NCBI RefSeq assembly: GCF_009914755.1
Contig: NC_060929.1
Strand: one strand, 5' to 3'
DNA: 64,000 bases
Source of the DNA: the human T2T-CHM13v2.0 reference genome, Homo sapiens
A program made the position numbers and the translations under genes. The notes below the pieces were generated by a model. That model made no database searches and had not been told where the DNA came from. It was given only the letters and a program-made list of their open reading frames with translations. Shown here piece by piece: positions 38,195-50,192 of the stretch (position 1 is its first letter; the number at the start of each line of letters is the position of its first letter).

Positions 38195-38380
38195 CATCTC
38201 ATACAATCTAAGTTGCCATCAATTGTGAAAACATGTTTTTGACACACCACTAGGAAGGAGAAAATGCTGCCAACTAAACTATGATACATGGCTTTCTGGA
38301 AACATCAGTTGCAAGATGCATTACAATTTCAGATATGTTAAAATCTGAGTGAAAATGTGTGCTAAATTGATGATATACAG
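38195..38380. mobile_element. MER104-like MITE (second copy)
   Basis: AATCTAAGTTGCCATCAATTG...GCAAGATGCATTACAATTTCAGATATGTTAAAAT...GAAAATGTGTG...TTGATGATATACAG; similar to 2870-3036. Confidence 0.55.
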
Positions 38381-38539
38381 TCTCTTTCTGCAGGTGTTGG
38401 ATGGTTCTAAACACGCTTCCCCATGTTCTCTTCCTCTGCCCAGTTCTGCTTCCTTCCTTCTGATTCTTGTCTTAATGAGCTCTCATCCAAGGACCCCAAG
38501 CTATAATCCCCAGCTTCCTTCTTTCTTCCCCTCTTTCTA

Positions 38540-38800
38540 TTTGCCATCTAATTGGTAACCTCACCTGGCCAGTCCTCTAAAGGACTCTTCACTGTGGCCA
38601 ACCATTTCTATCCTGACTGCCACGGCCCTAGCTCTGGCCTCTTCCTTGTCCCCTCGCACACCTGCAGCCTCTCCCATCCTCTGCACTGCCCGATCACCCA
38701 TGAGACAATGTGGCCTTGCTCCCCGTAAGCCTATGCTCCCCTTCAGCCACCTATGGAATAGAGTGGAAACTCCTTGCTGCAACACCCAGGTCCCAGCTTG
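38540..38800 (+). mobile_element. L2 fragment
   Basis: TTTCTATCCTGACTGCCACGGCCCTAG...CCCATCCTCTGCACTGCC. Confidence 0.5.
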
Positions 38801-40769
38801 TCTCCTGGGTCTCCCTGCAGGCTTGGGTCCCAGACACTACACTAGAGACAAGGACACTGAGGGCTTCCGCACCTGGTAGACGTGCTGTGGGAGGAGCATG
38901 CTCCACATGCCCTGCCTTTATCCTGGGGTCCTCCTCCAGAAATGCTTTTCCTGCATTCTCATTTCGGGGACCCCTTCATGGGGCTCCACCTGTCTCCCAT
39001 TTCTAGCTGAACCAACAGCTCCTTTGTTTTACTCCAAGGCTCCTTGCACAGCCCGCTCTTGTAGCCCTTGGCTGTGCTGTGGTGCACACAGAATGGGGGC
39101 CTCCCGCCACAAGGCAGTAGCTGTGTGATACCGGCTAAGTCACAGGATCTCCTAGAAAGCTGCAGAGGAGGAGCCCTTTCATTTGCTCTCTCCAGGCATC
39201 ACTGCTTCTCCCCCAGCCCCTTTTCAGCTCCGCCACAAAAGAGGAAGGGGTGCTGAGTCTTGACAGCCAGGACCTTCCATGGAGCTGAGGGGAAACTGTG
39301 CCTCAGTGATTAGCACCAAGGGCACTGTGCTCTCTGGCACTCTGGTCTCAGACAGGTGGACCCTGTTCCCCAGGGCACACACCTCTCTCCCTCCCAGGGA
39401 GCTGTGGGTGAATGTGTTCAGCCCCAGCTCATGCTAGCCAGAGATTTCGATTTGGAAGGGGAGTGCTCAGTTGCAGAAAAGGCTTATCAAGACCTCCAAC
39501 CTAAGTTTCTTATTTCAGTCCAGGTATTACCAGAGAGCTCTGCTCTCAGGGAGGTGGTGGGGCTGTTGGTTTCAGACAGTTGCCCAGTTAATTAAGCACT
39601 TCCTTGTGAACACTCGGCTCTTGCTCCTTGCAGATAGTTCTCCTGCATTGAGCAGGGAAGAAGGTGAGCAGCAGGGCTTGACTGAGGGTTTCCTGGACCT
39701 GCATCCCAATGCCACCTGGATACAAACAAAACATCTCCTTTCACTTCAAACAGTAAGCGCATCATTGTTGCCATTGTCTTCATTTTCATCCTTCTCACGT
39801 GTGTTTCCCTTTGTAGCCTGTGCATCCGTTTAGGGCAGATGCATGTCTTATTCATCAATGTTCAAACAAGGTCCAGAGCAGAGTCGGTGCTCTTCATGCT
39901 GGGTTATTTGAAGCACAGGATTTGGGTCTAATTATTCTAGTGAGTAACAGGGGGCAACGATGACTGTGTTCTAGAATGTGACCCCATTGGACTATTAGGG
40001 AGGGGGAGGATTTCTGTACACATCATTAAGAAAGAAAGACTGTGACATCTTTTTGGTATCTGTGTCTGGGATCGGGCCAAACCGAGAGGCCTTGTGGTCT
40101 CCTCTGAGCAGTGCGGACCTGTCCCTCACAACCGATTGCCAGGAGCCCTGGCCTCCCTTCATCTTCCAAGCTGAAATTGAACACTCTTGCTTCTTTATAA
40201 AACTGCAGCCCTTGGCATCTCTTCTATTCATTGTGAGTCTGATGAACTGCAGGAACCAGAGTGGTCCAATGAGCCCCAGTGACTTGCACGTATTGCAGCT
40301 CCATGAAGGAGGAAAATGAGAGAATGCACAGAAGCGGGAATGGTGGAGATGGCTTTTTTCCACTTCAGGCCCTCACTGTTCTCTCCCTTTGAGAATTCTG
40401 AGATAAACAAAAATTGCACCCCATGCTGGCCAAAATTTCACAGTGGGTGTTCATTAGTGACGCGTCTGTTTGGCTGGGACAACAATTGTGAGGAGTTTGG
40501 GGACAATGGGACCAGGTCTGAGGTGCTCCATTTTGGCACGGTGGACACCCTGGGGTTGATGTCTTTTAAGGCTGAGAGCAGAGACCCGGAAGACTTGAGC
40601 TTCTCTCGGAAGCACAGGACGTCTCCTGTTTGATTCTGGTTGACCCCAAGCTGAGGACATATATATCCAGTCCTTATCAAAGCTCCTACTGGCTCTGTAA
40701 ATTTACCATGTATATATCTGATTGTCCTCCTTCTCCCTCGTCACCTCATCTCTCTCTCTCTGTTTTTCT

Positions 40770-42570
40770 TTTAATAGACTTTACTATTTAGAGCAATTTT
40801 AGATTAACAGCAATATTGAGCTGTAGGTACAGGGATTTCCCACCTACCCTCTGCCCCAGCATGTGCAGCGCCTCCCCTGTTAATGTCACCCACCAGCGTG
40901 GTATATTGATGAACGACGTTGACACAGCATGATCTCTCAAAGTCTTGACTCTTGGTGTTGTACGTTCGATGGATTTGGACAAATGTGTATGGTTGTGTAT
41001 CCATCATTATAGTATCATACAGAGGAGTTTCCCTGCCCTAAAAATCCACTGTGCTCTGCCTGCCATCCCTCCCTTTCCCGAATCCTGGTAGCCACTGACA
41101 TTGTACTGCCTCTGTAGATTTGCCTTTTCCAGAATGTCAGATATCTGGAATCATACAGTAGGTAGTCTTTTCAGATTGGTTCCTGTCACTTAGTAATATC
41201 TGTTTAAGGCTCTTCTATGTCTTTTTATAGCTTGAAAGCTCATTTCTTTTTTAAAACTCATTTTTTAAAAAAACAAAGCTCATTGTTTTAATGATTCAGT
41301 TTTTTAGTGGAATAATAATAATAATAATAACAATAGCAGCAGCTAGCATTTACTTAGCTCTTACTAGGTGCCTATAAATACCATAATTGTTTAATTCCCC
41401 ACAGTAACTGTCCCTTATTTTACTTAACTATTCTATCTCAAATTACTCCCAGATTGTCACTGTGTTTGTGTATATGAACTTTCATTTAGGTTGAATTATC
41501 TCCAAAAATTACATTTCAGAGTTAAGATTATTGTGAGTACCAGGGCATAAATAGTCCTATTGCCCCTGGTATAAATTGCCAAACTTTATCCCCAAAGGCT
41601 TATGTAAAATTTAAATGTCATTAATTATACAAGAAAGTGTCCATTTCATTGCACCTTTGCCAGCACAAGGTGTGATATTTTAATGTCATTTTGTTGTTTG
41701 ACTATTTTTTAATAAAAGAACTCATCATTCCTTTGTTTTTATTATTTGTCAAAATTTAACAACTTTCCTTATTTTAGCTTATTAGCTCTATTTTTCTTTT
41801 CTTTCTGTGTCCCCCCATTTATTTATAAAATTAATGTCTCTTTTGCCAATTTGTTGACCTATTTATTTAACCTCTTACTAAATTATAAGAATCGTTAATG
41901 CTTACTTTTAAATAAAGAAGTACAACTTCCCTTCACTCGTTAAGCCCGTAATTTTATTTCAAGAAATAATTACTGTTAAGAAAATGGGGCATTTCCACCC
42001 AAATACACACTTACAAATTGGAACTTACTTCATATTTTCACACTTGTATATATCACTCACATCTGTGCCAAACCTACAGAGCCATCTTAATCTTTTTCAT
42101 AATTACATGGTGTTTCATTATATGGATGTATCACAATTTACTTACCAGTCCCTGTAGGCATTTAGGCTCCTTCTAATATTTGGAAAACTCATTTATTTTA
42201 ACAAGGAATAATATTCCATCGTCTAGATGAACCATTGTTTATTTATCCACTGACCTACTGAAGGACATCTTAATTGCTTCCAAGTTTTGGCAATTATGAA
42301 TAAAACTGCCATAAACATCTATGTGCAGGCTTTGTGTAGACATAACTTTTCAGCTCCTCTGGGTAAACGCTAAGGAGAGCGATGGCTAGATCATATGGTA
42401 AGGTTATGTTTAGCTTGTAGGAAACTGCCAAACTGTCTACCAAAGTGGCTATGCCATTTTGCATTTCCACCACCAATGAATGAGAGTTCATATTGCTCCA
42501 CATCCTCACTAGCATTTCATGTTGTTAGTGTCCTAATGGATTTTAATTATTCTGGTAGGTATACAGTGGA
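40770..42570 (-). mobile_element. L1MC1/2-like 3' end, split (40770-41250 and 42183-42570) by a ~930-bp insert
   Basis: TTTTAATAGACTTT...GAGCAATTTTAGATTAACAGCAATATTGAGC...TTTCAGATTGG. Resumes at GAATAATATTCCATCG...CCTACTGAAGGACATCTT...TTGGCAATTATGAATAAA. Confidence 0.85.
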
Positions 42571-42654
42571 TCATCTTCTCTAGGGTTAATGGAATCACCA
42601 TTTATGTGCTTGCCCAATTTAGAAACTGGAGAGTTATCAGAGACTCTTTCTTCT

Positions 42655-43025
42655 GAGGCAGTGGCAATGTTCTGGGTTCCCTTTTCTCCCAAGCACGTGA
42701 CCAAACACATTTCTCCAGCTTCCTTGCAATTAGGCATGGTCATATGACTGAGTTCTGGCCAATGAGTGTAGCCAGAAGTGATGTCACCACTTCTAGGTCT
42801 GGCCTATGAAACTCCTCTCAGGGGAACCCTTTCTCACTTTCCCCTTTCAGAGCTGGACTAGAAGGACTCTGAGGGTGTTGGGATGGGAAAGCCTCAAAAA
42901 GGAAAGCCTGGATCCCTGAATGACTACATGGAGTATAGTCACCAACTAGATTTTGTATAAATAAGAGATAAATTTTAGCCACTGAGATTTTGGTGTTTAT
43001 CAGTTACCACAGCTAGTGGTACAGT
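42655..43025 (+). mobile_element. MLT1J/I-like MaLR LTR
   Basis: GGTCATATGACTGAGTTCTGGCCAATGAG...GAAGTGATGTCACCACTTCTAGG...CCTGGATCCCTGAATGACTACATGGAG...AGCCACTGAGATTTTGG. Confidence 0.75.
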
Positions 43026-43055
43026 ATCTAACACTCTCCAAACATAGTCTGATTC

Positions 43056-43652
43056 TGAAATTGTTTCTATAAACTTTATAAAATTAATCAGAGAAGAAGA
43101 GAGAGGGAGAAATGAAAATATACCAGGCTTGCAGCACATTCAGCATTAATCACTAGTTCAGCCTGCTCTCTGACCTGCTGCCTCATAGTTTTTTGCTATT
43201 GCTCTAGAATTATGTAAACCCTGTTACAAGACTATATGGCTCCCCTTAACTGTTCCATAGAGCAGCTATACAACATTAATATTATGAAACATTAAATTTT
43301 CTCTTTGAGATATGCTTTCAGATCCTACAAGCCAATAAAACTGCTGACATCAGCTGGTCTGAAGGAGCCCATAAGATGGTGACTCACCAAAAAGCGCAGT
43401 CTCCACATACTGCTGGTTTCATCCCGCTTACCCTGGCCAATCAATGACCCCAACTTTCCAGCTCCCCATCCTCCATAATCCCCTTAAAATCCCCAGCCCA
43501 GGACTCCTCAGGGAAATGGTTTTGGGGTCTCCTTTCATCTCCTCACTCAGCAACCTGCTATCATTAAACTCTTTCTCTGTGGCAAACTGCTGTGTCAGGA
43601 TAATTGGTCTGTTACTGAGCAACATGCATACAAACCTGTTGGTCCTATAACA
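43056..43652 (+). mobile_element. ERV1 solo LTR (LTR26-like), ~600 bp
   Basis: TG...CA termini; TATAAACTTTATAAAATTAATCAG...GCTTGCAGCACATTCAGCATTAATC; ATTAAA polyA signal followed by CTCTTTCTCTG. Confidence 0.75.
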
Positions 43653-43671
43653 ATCTCAAGGCTTGAATTAG

Positions 43672-43815
43672 GATAGACCATTATTTCCTCATCTGTAAAA
43701 TGGGAATAATGATAATATTTTCCTTGTGAAATTATTGGGAGGGTCAAATGAGGTCTTCCACATAAAGCAGTTAGCACCAGGCATTTAGTAGGTACTCAGC
43801 AAGTGTTAGATTATT
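43672..43815 (+). mobile_element. MIR
   Basis: TTTCCTCATCTGTAAAATGGGAATAATGATAAT...TAGTAGGTACTCAG. Confidence 0.8.
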
Positions 43816-44391
43816 AAAATCCTTTCAACTCTTTCACAAGTGGCAGGGGAATGTTTGGCTGAGTAGAGTAGATGCTGAGATTCAGGGTTACAGACAACCA
43901 GGCCTCATTTCTTACCTTCTGTTGCATACGTTTTTCTCTCACAAGTGTAGGGAGGTAAACCCGGGCTCCCTGATATCCATGGAACATACTCTTTTTATAA
44001 CCAAGAGCAGTGGTTCCTTGATATGGCAAACCTTGCTCCTATGGTTATTTTGAGGTTATTTCAAGGTCTTTGTCCAGGGGCTTAGGAACCTCTTGGAGAT
44101 AATAGATCAGAGTGAGGGCACATCGCACCAGCAGAACTCACCGACATGGCTGACACCCCAGCAATGGAGAAGAATGCTGAGTCTCAGGACAGCAGCACAG
44201 CCCAATTCCTGGCCACACTCTCCATGACTTCAAACAGATAAGAACTGAAAGCACCGCTTCCTGTGAACTCCCACAACAGTGGAGCCCAAGCAACACTTCT
44301 TTGGGGTCCCCATTGTCAGGTGCTACTCACAGGGGTGAAAGCCATTCTCCATTCCTCCCCTTCACTTTTCAAGAGAACCAGTCAGAGGCAG

Positions 44392-45105
44392 TGGATTAGT
44401 TTCCTGTTGCTTCTATAACAAATGATTACAAATGTAGTGGCTTAAAACAACACACATTTACTCTCTTACAGATTTGGAGGTCAATTCCAAAATCTGTCTC
44501 ATGGGCTAAAATCGAGATGTCTGCAGGGCTGGTTCCTCTAGAGGCCTCTGGACAATTCTTCTGCTCCCCAGTCCTTGCTTCTAGAGGTTGCCCATGTTCC
44601 TTGGGGTATAGCCACATCACTTCAATCTCCGTTTTTTTAATTAAATTTTGTTATTTTTAATCTTTATGGTGTACAAGAGATATTTTGATACAGGTATGCA
44701 AACACATAATCACTTCAGGGAAATGGGGTATCCATCACTTGTGTTTGTGTTACAAACATTCCAATTACACTTTTTTAGTTATTTTAAAATGTACAATAAA
44801 TGTTTGTTGACTGTAGTCACCATGTTGTGCTATCAAATACTGGATCTTTTTCATTCTATCTAACTATATTTTTGGGACCATTCTGCTTCCGTTTCACATA
44901 GCCTTCTCCTTGTTCTCATCTTCTGCCTCTCTAAGGACATTGATGATTATATCAGGCCATCCAGGCCCTCCGGGCTAATCCAGGTGATCTCTCCAACTCA
45001 AGAGCTTTAAGTTAATCACACCTGCAAAATCTCATATCAGGTAACATTCACGGGTTTCTGGGATTGAGATATGGACATTGTTGGGGATCATCATTCAGCC
45101 AGGAA
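44392..45105 (-). mobile_element. MLT1C/D-like MaLR LTR interrupted by L1
   Basis: ATTAGTTTCCTGTTGC...GTGGCTTAAAACAACACACATT. Resumes at ~44881; TTAATCACACCTGCAAAATC...ATATGGACAT...CATTCAGCC. Confidence 0.8.
44632..44880 (-). mobile_element. L1MA-like 3' end
   Basis: T-rich tail, GATATTTTGATACAGGTATGCAA...TTTTAGTTATTTTAAAATGTACAATAAA...GTGCTATCAAATACT. Confidence 0.85.
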
Positions 45106-46004
45106 CCACCAGGATGGAGGAATCACCATGGCTACCGCCTGTGCCAAGTAGGTCAGCAGCACTGGCCAGGGTCCGGGAGCTGTGGCACCCCAAAATCAGA
45201 GCCAGCTGCTGCACCCAGTCTGGGCAACTTGCAGAGCACAAGCAAGGTTCTCTCTGGGGAACTCTGGAGAAACTAGGAGTGGGGTTGGAAGCAGATAGGA
45301 AAGAGGGGACTTGCAGGAGCTGAAGGGACAAATGAATAAGTGCACACAAGAGCCAGCCTCCACACACCACCCTGTCATCCAGAGTGGAGGCATTTTTCCA
45401 GATCATAGAATAAAGTAGGAGAAAAGAGGAAGACAGGACCCCTTGCCCACAAGTGCTGGCAACACATGTTTTAGTGCAGAGAGCAAGAGACTGTCTCGGC
45501 AAAGCTGACCCGAGATTGCTGCTTCGCTGTGCTCAGCTAATGGAAGGCCTTGAGCAGCCAAGCTTTCACATCCCTGATCAGCCTTCCAGACAGAGCTCTC
45601 ATCTCAGGCCCCCTGAAAGGCCCAGCACAAGCAATAGAACCAATTAATTAGAGAAAGTGGTCTCCACATGCACACTTTCTGAAGAGAAGATAATTGGATT
45701 TCTGTGGTTAAGCAGACAAACGCTCCCAAGAATGGGGCCATTTTCGTGATGGATGAATGCAGATTTTTTTTGTGTTTCATGAGATGCTATTCCATGGCCT
45801 GATGGGGATGCTTGGTATAGATTTGGGGGTGAAGTCTGTCAGGGGATAGAGATACAGGGAAAAGACCACCTGCACCCCCAGAATGAAATCAAGCCTCCAC
45901 CTAGGGGAACAAAGGACATATTTTGGGGCAACAAGGCAACATAAGGACCTGGCTCTGAAAGTCTAATCTTGTTAGAACCACAAAATACATTTAGTCAATG
46001 CTAA

Positions 46005-46575
46005 TCAGTGTGAAATAATGGTCATTGTATGCCTGCCCAGCATCCATTTACCCTACTTCCAGTCATGGCTGCTGATTCTAATGTGGGGACCCATTCCAGC
46101 CTCGTTCTCAGGGCATGGGATTTGCAGGGACCTCACCATCAGTCTCCAGATTTAGAACCCATCTAGGCCCATTGGCACGTTCTATCCCCCACTCCCTATT
46201 TGGCTCAGTGACCAGCTCACTCACTGATTGGTGCAAACTTTGGGCCAAGACATCAAATTGGATCAGAGCAAACCCAGGGGCTGTGTTCACAACCCCTTAA
46301 GGAAGCATTTACACCCTTCCTGCTGGGCTTGGAAGTGGGAGCTGCTGTGGATGTCTTGCTGCCGTGATGGGGGAAACTGTGGGGTATGGAGCCAAGAGAG
46401 AGACACAGAGGAACACACTCTGGGGACTCAAGCACTTAAGTCAAGTAGTGTCTGGAATTATTAGCTCCAGACATTTAAATTGTGAGTCCAATAAATTCCC
46501 TCCCTGCCCCACTTTATTTTTTCGTTGTTGTTAAGTCAATTTGGGACAGGGTTTTCTATCCCTTTTAATAGAATC
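46005..46575 (+). mobile_element. LTR16-family (ERVL) LTR
   Basis: TGCCTGCCCAGCATCCATT...TGTGAGTCCAATAAATTCCC...GTTAAGTCAATTTGG...GGTTTTCT. Confidence 0.55.
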
Positions 46576-47590
46576 CATCTGGTAAAAAACAACTCACTGC
46601 TTACTTAGGCCTTACCAGATGTCAGTCACTGTGCTAAGAGTCTGGAATGCATTCCAGACTTTAATTGACACTGTAAGCCTATCAATATCATTGAGGCTCT
46701 GGGGTGCATAGCCCCTGAGACAGTTTGCCTGGCTTGAACACCACCGTTCTCTTAAACACTCTGCTCTATAGACAAAATCTGCCACAGGCCTCTCCTCCCA
46801 ACCACAGCTTTCAAATCCTCTTCCCACTGGACTGTCTGCCTGGCCAGGACACTCAAGTCCTTCCAAACCTGGTTAGAAAGCTGAGGTCTATAGCGATTGA
46901 TGAATGGGTGCAAACCCTCTTTCATCTTAGGGTCTGGAGCCCATTCAGGGGTGCTCCCTCTCCTCCCCGACTCCCACTCTTGAGGAGAGATGAAAGGACA
47001 CAGGACAGAGCTCTCCCAGGCTGACCCTTCCCTTGGGGAGTAACTGAGACGATCCCACTATTTGTCAGGGTTTGTACAGCTGGTGGGGGCTCCACGAGCT
47101 AGGAGTCCCAGAGAGGCCATATGCTGCCATGGGAAGAACAGGGCTCCATTTAATTCTCATGCCTTGTTAAGCAGCATCTTCATTTTTCAGATGAGCAAAC
47201 AGAGGCTCGGGGGAGAGAGGGATTGTAGAAGGCCCTGAAACCAGTAAGGGGTGGCAGAGTCAGGGTTTGTCCCAGACTCATGTCACTCCCAAGCCCAAAT
47301 TCTTCTCCCTCTGGCCTGGTGCCTCATTCATGGTGATGGTAGCAGGATCTAGGAGTGGTGGGTCAGGCCCAGCCTCTCCCACACTTCCTTAGCTGCATAC
47401 GGTCTTTGGCGTCACTGTCTCTAATATGACAGGCATGAGGGCCTCCTGGAGCCCAGCCTCACCACGCAATGGCTAGGCTGCTTTCCGGCTAGACAGCTGG
47501 AGACCCATGTATGGGGTGAGGGTGGGGTTCTGTGTACACAGAATACTTTGCTGCTCATCTCCCCCCATCCCACCGTCCTGGGGAACCTAG

Positions 47591-48001
47591 TGTCTTAGTC
47601 CATTTTCTGTTGTTATAATTAATACCTGAGACTGGGTCATTTATAAAGAAAAGGAATTTATTTCTTACAGGTCTGGAGGTTGAGAAGTCCAAGGTGAAGG
47701 GGCCACATCTGGTGAGGCCTTCTTGCTGGTGGGGTATCTTTGCAGAGTTTGGAGGTGGTGCGGGGCATCGCAGGGTGAGTGGGCCATGAGGGGGCACTGA
47801 AAGCCAAACCGGCTTTTATACAGACCCACTCTCGTGATAACTCATTAATCGATTAGTCCATTAATCTATTAATCCATGAGCCAATCAATTTACTCCCTCT
47901 TAAAGGCCCCTCTCTTAAAGCCTTCACCTCTTAATGCTATTACATTGAAGGTTAAGTTTCAACATGAGTTTTGGAGGGGACAAAACATTCAAACCTTAGC
48001 A
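47591..48001 (-). mobile_element. MSTC/MSTD-like MaLR solo LTR, full length
   Basis: TGTCTTAGTCCATTTTCTGTTG...TTTCAACATGAGTTTTGGAGGGGACAAAACATTCAAACCTTAGCA. TSD CCTAG/CCTGG. Confidence 0.85.
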
Positions 48002-48818
48002 CCTGGTTCCCCTGGTGCCAGGGCCTGCCTTAGAGCAGGATCAGGTGCTGGGCTCTGACATCATTGCTAACTCCAGGCAGCTTCCCCTCCCCAGGGCGGG
48101 GCACAGAGCTTCCTGTCCGTCATTGGCTGGGGTCCTGTCCAATGGCAGAAAGCCCACCTGGACCCTCAGTGACAACAGCAATAACTAAGGTGCTTATCAC
48201 CTGTGCCAGCTGCTCACCTGCATCTCCTCCTGCAACCCTGCGAGGCAAGGTGGCACCGCCCTTGCTCCAGACAGGTGATGTGACTTCCTCTCGCCACACT
48301 CCAGGTTGGAGGTGGGAGGTCAGAATCCACACCCAGACCTTCTGAGTATAGACCTCTGGCCCTCTCCTCATTAGTTTCTGAGAAGCAGATGGCTGGTTGG
48401 GGCTGCGTGTTCACCACCCCACATGGGTGCAGGAAGAGTGGATGCCGCCCCTCCTTTTCAGGTCGAGCTGAACAGCTGAGAGTTACCGTGGTTCGGTTGC
48501 ACGACCTGGCGGCGCCAGAGATAAGAATAGAAACCAGCCCCCTTGATTCAGGAGATGCCCCGGCAGCAATTTCTAGTTATCTCTGCCTCATGGGGGAAGC
48601 AGAGCCTTCCTGAGATAGCAGGCAGCCAGGGAGCATGAGTGCTGGCAGACCACTAATAACCTCCGGGCCTCCTCCTCTGAACAGTGTATGGAGAACTCTG
48701 GAGAGGCAGGGGGCTTTTATCGAGTTTCCCACTAAGAACGTGCAACCTAGTCAACCCAGTCTTCTGCAACCACACTTAATGGCAAAATAAATAGGCTTGA
48801 GCCCCCATCACCTACTTT

Positions 48819-48830
48819 GGGGGGGGGGGG
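48819..48830. repeat. G12 homopolymer
   Basis: Twelve consecutive G. Confidence 0.95.
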
Positions 48831-49384
48831 TCTTGAGAACTCCCGAGGGGCATGTTATATTCTCCCAATGTCCCTTACGCCAATTCCTTGTCCCTTACAC
48901 CAGTTCTCCACCTGGAGCTGGATTAGTGACCTCCACTAGCTTTTCTGCCCTAGGCTGTAGCCCTCTCTCTGCCGCCTCCTCTTCCTTCCCAGCTCCTCTC
49001 CTGAGGACCATGGCGTGTAACAGATTTGTCCTCAAGGTTTGGGCTGGGGGACAGGGGGGCTGTCTTAAAGGGAGGCCCTTAGAACTCAGAGCAGGAAACT
49101 CTTTAAAATCCAATCACTTTGCTGTTTAAAGGGGACAAACTTTCAGTAATAGGATGAATATGATGTGGGGATCTAATGTAGAGCATGGGGGCTGTAGTTT
49201 AAAATGCCCTATTGTATACTTGAAATTTACTAAGGCAGCAGATCTTGTGTTCTTACCACACACACACAATGGTAACTAGAGGAGGTAACGGAGTTGTTAA
49301 TTGGCTTGATTGTGGTAATCGCTTCATCATGTATACGTAATATCAAATCACCACATTGTATACGTTAGATACACACAGCACATC

Positions 49385-49596
49385 CTGGAAAAACATGGTT
49401 TTCAGTGTTTAAAACTAGCAGAGTTTTGGTCTTTATTTAGAAGTTTGATGAGGTTTTTGTAACCAGAAATATACCATAGAAACTTAACTCTTGTTTACAT
49501 CGATTAGCCTATGGAAAAATGAGTTTCATTTACATTGTTTCACTTGAAGTCTCAGTTTCCAAGAACATACCTATGACATTAAGTGAGACTTTACTG
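49385..49596. mobile_element. MER82-like (TcMar-Tigger) fragment
   Basis: CTTAACTCTTGTTTACATCGATTAGCCTATGG...CAGTTTCCAAGAAC...GACATTAAGTGAGACTTTACTG followed by TA. Confidence 0.65.
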
Positions 49597-49601
49597 TATG
49601 A

Positions 49602-50192
<591 letters not shown>

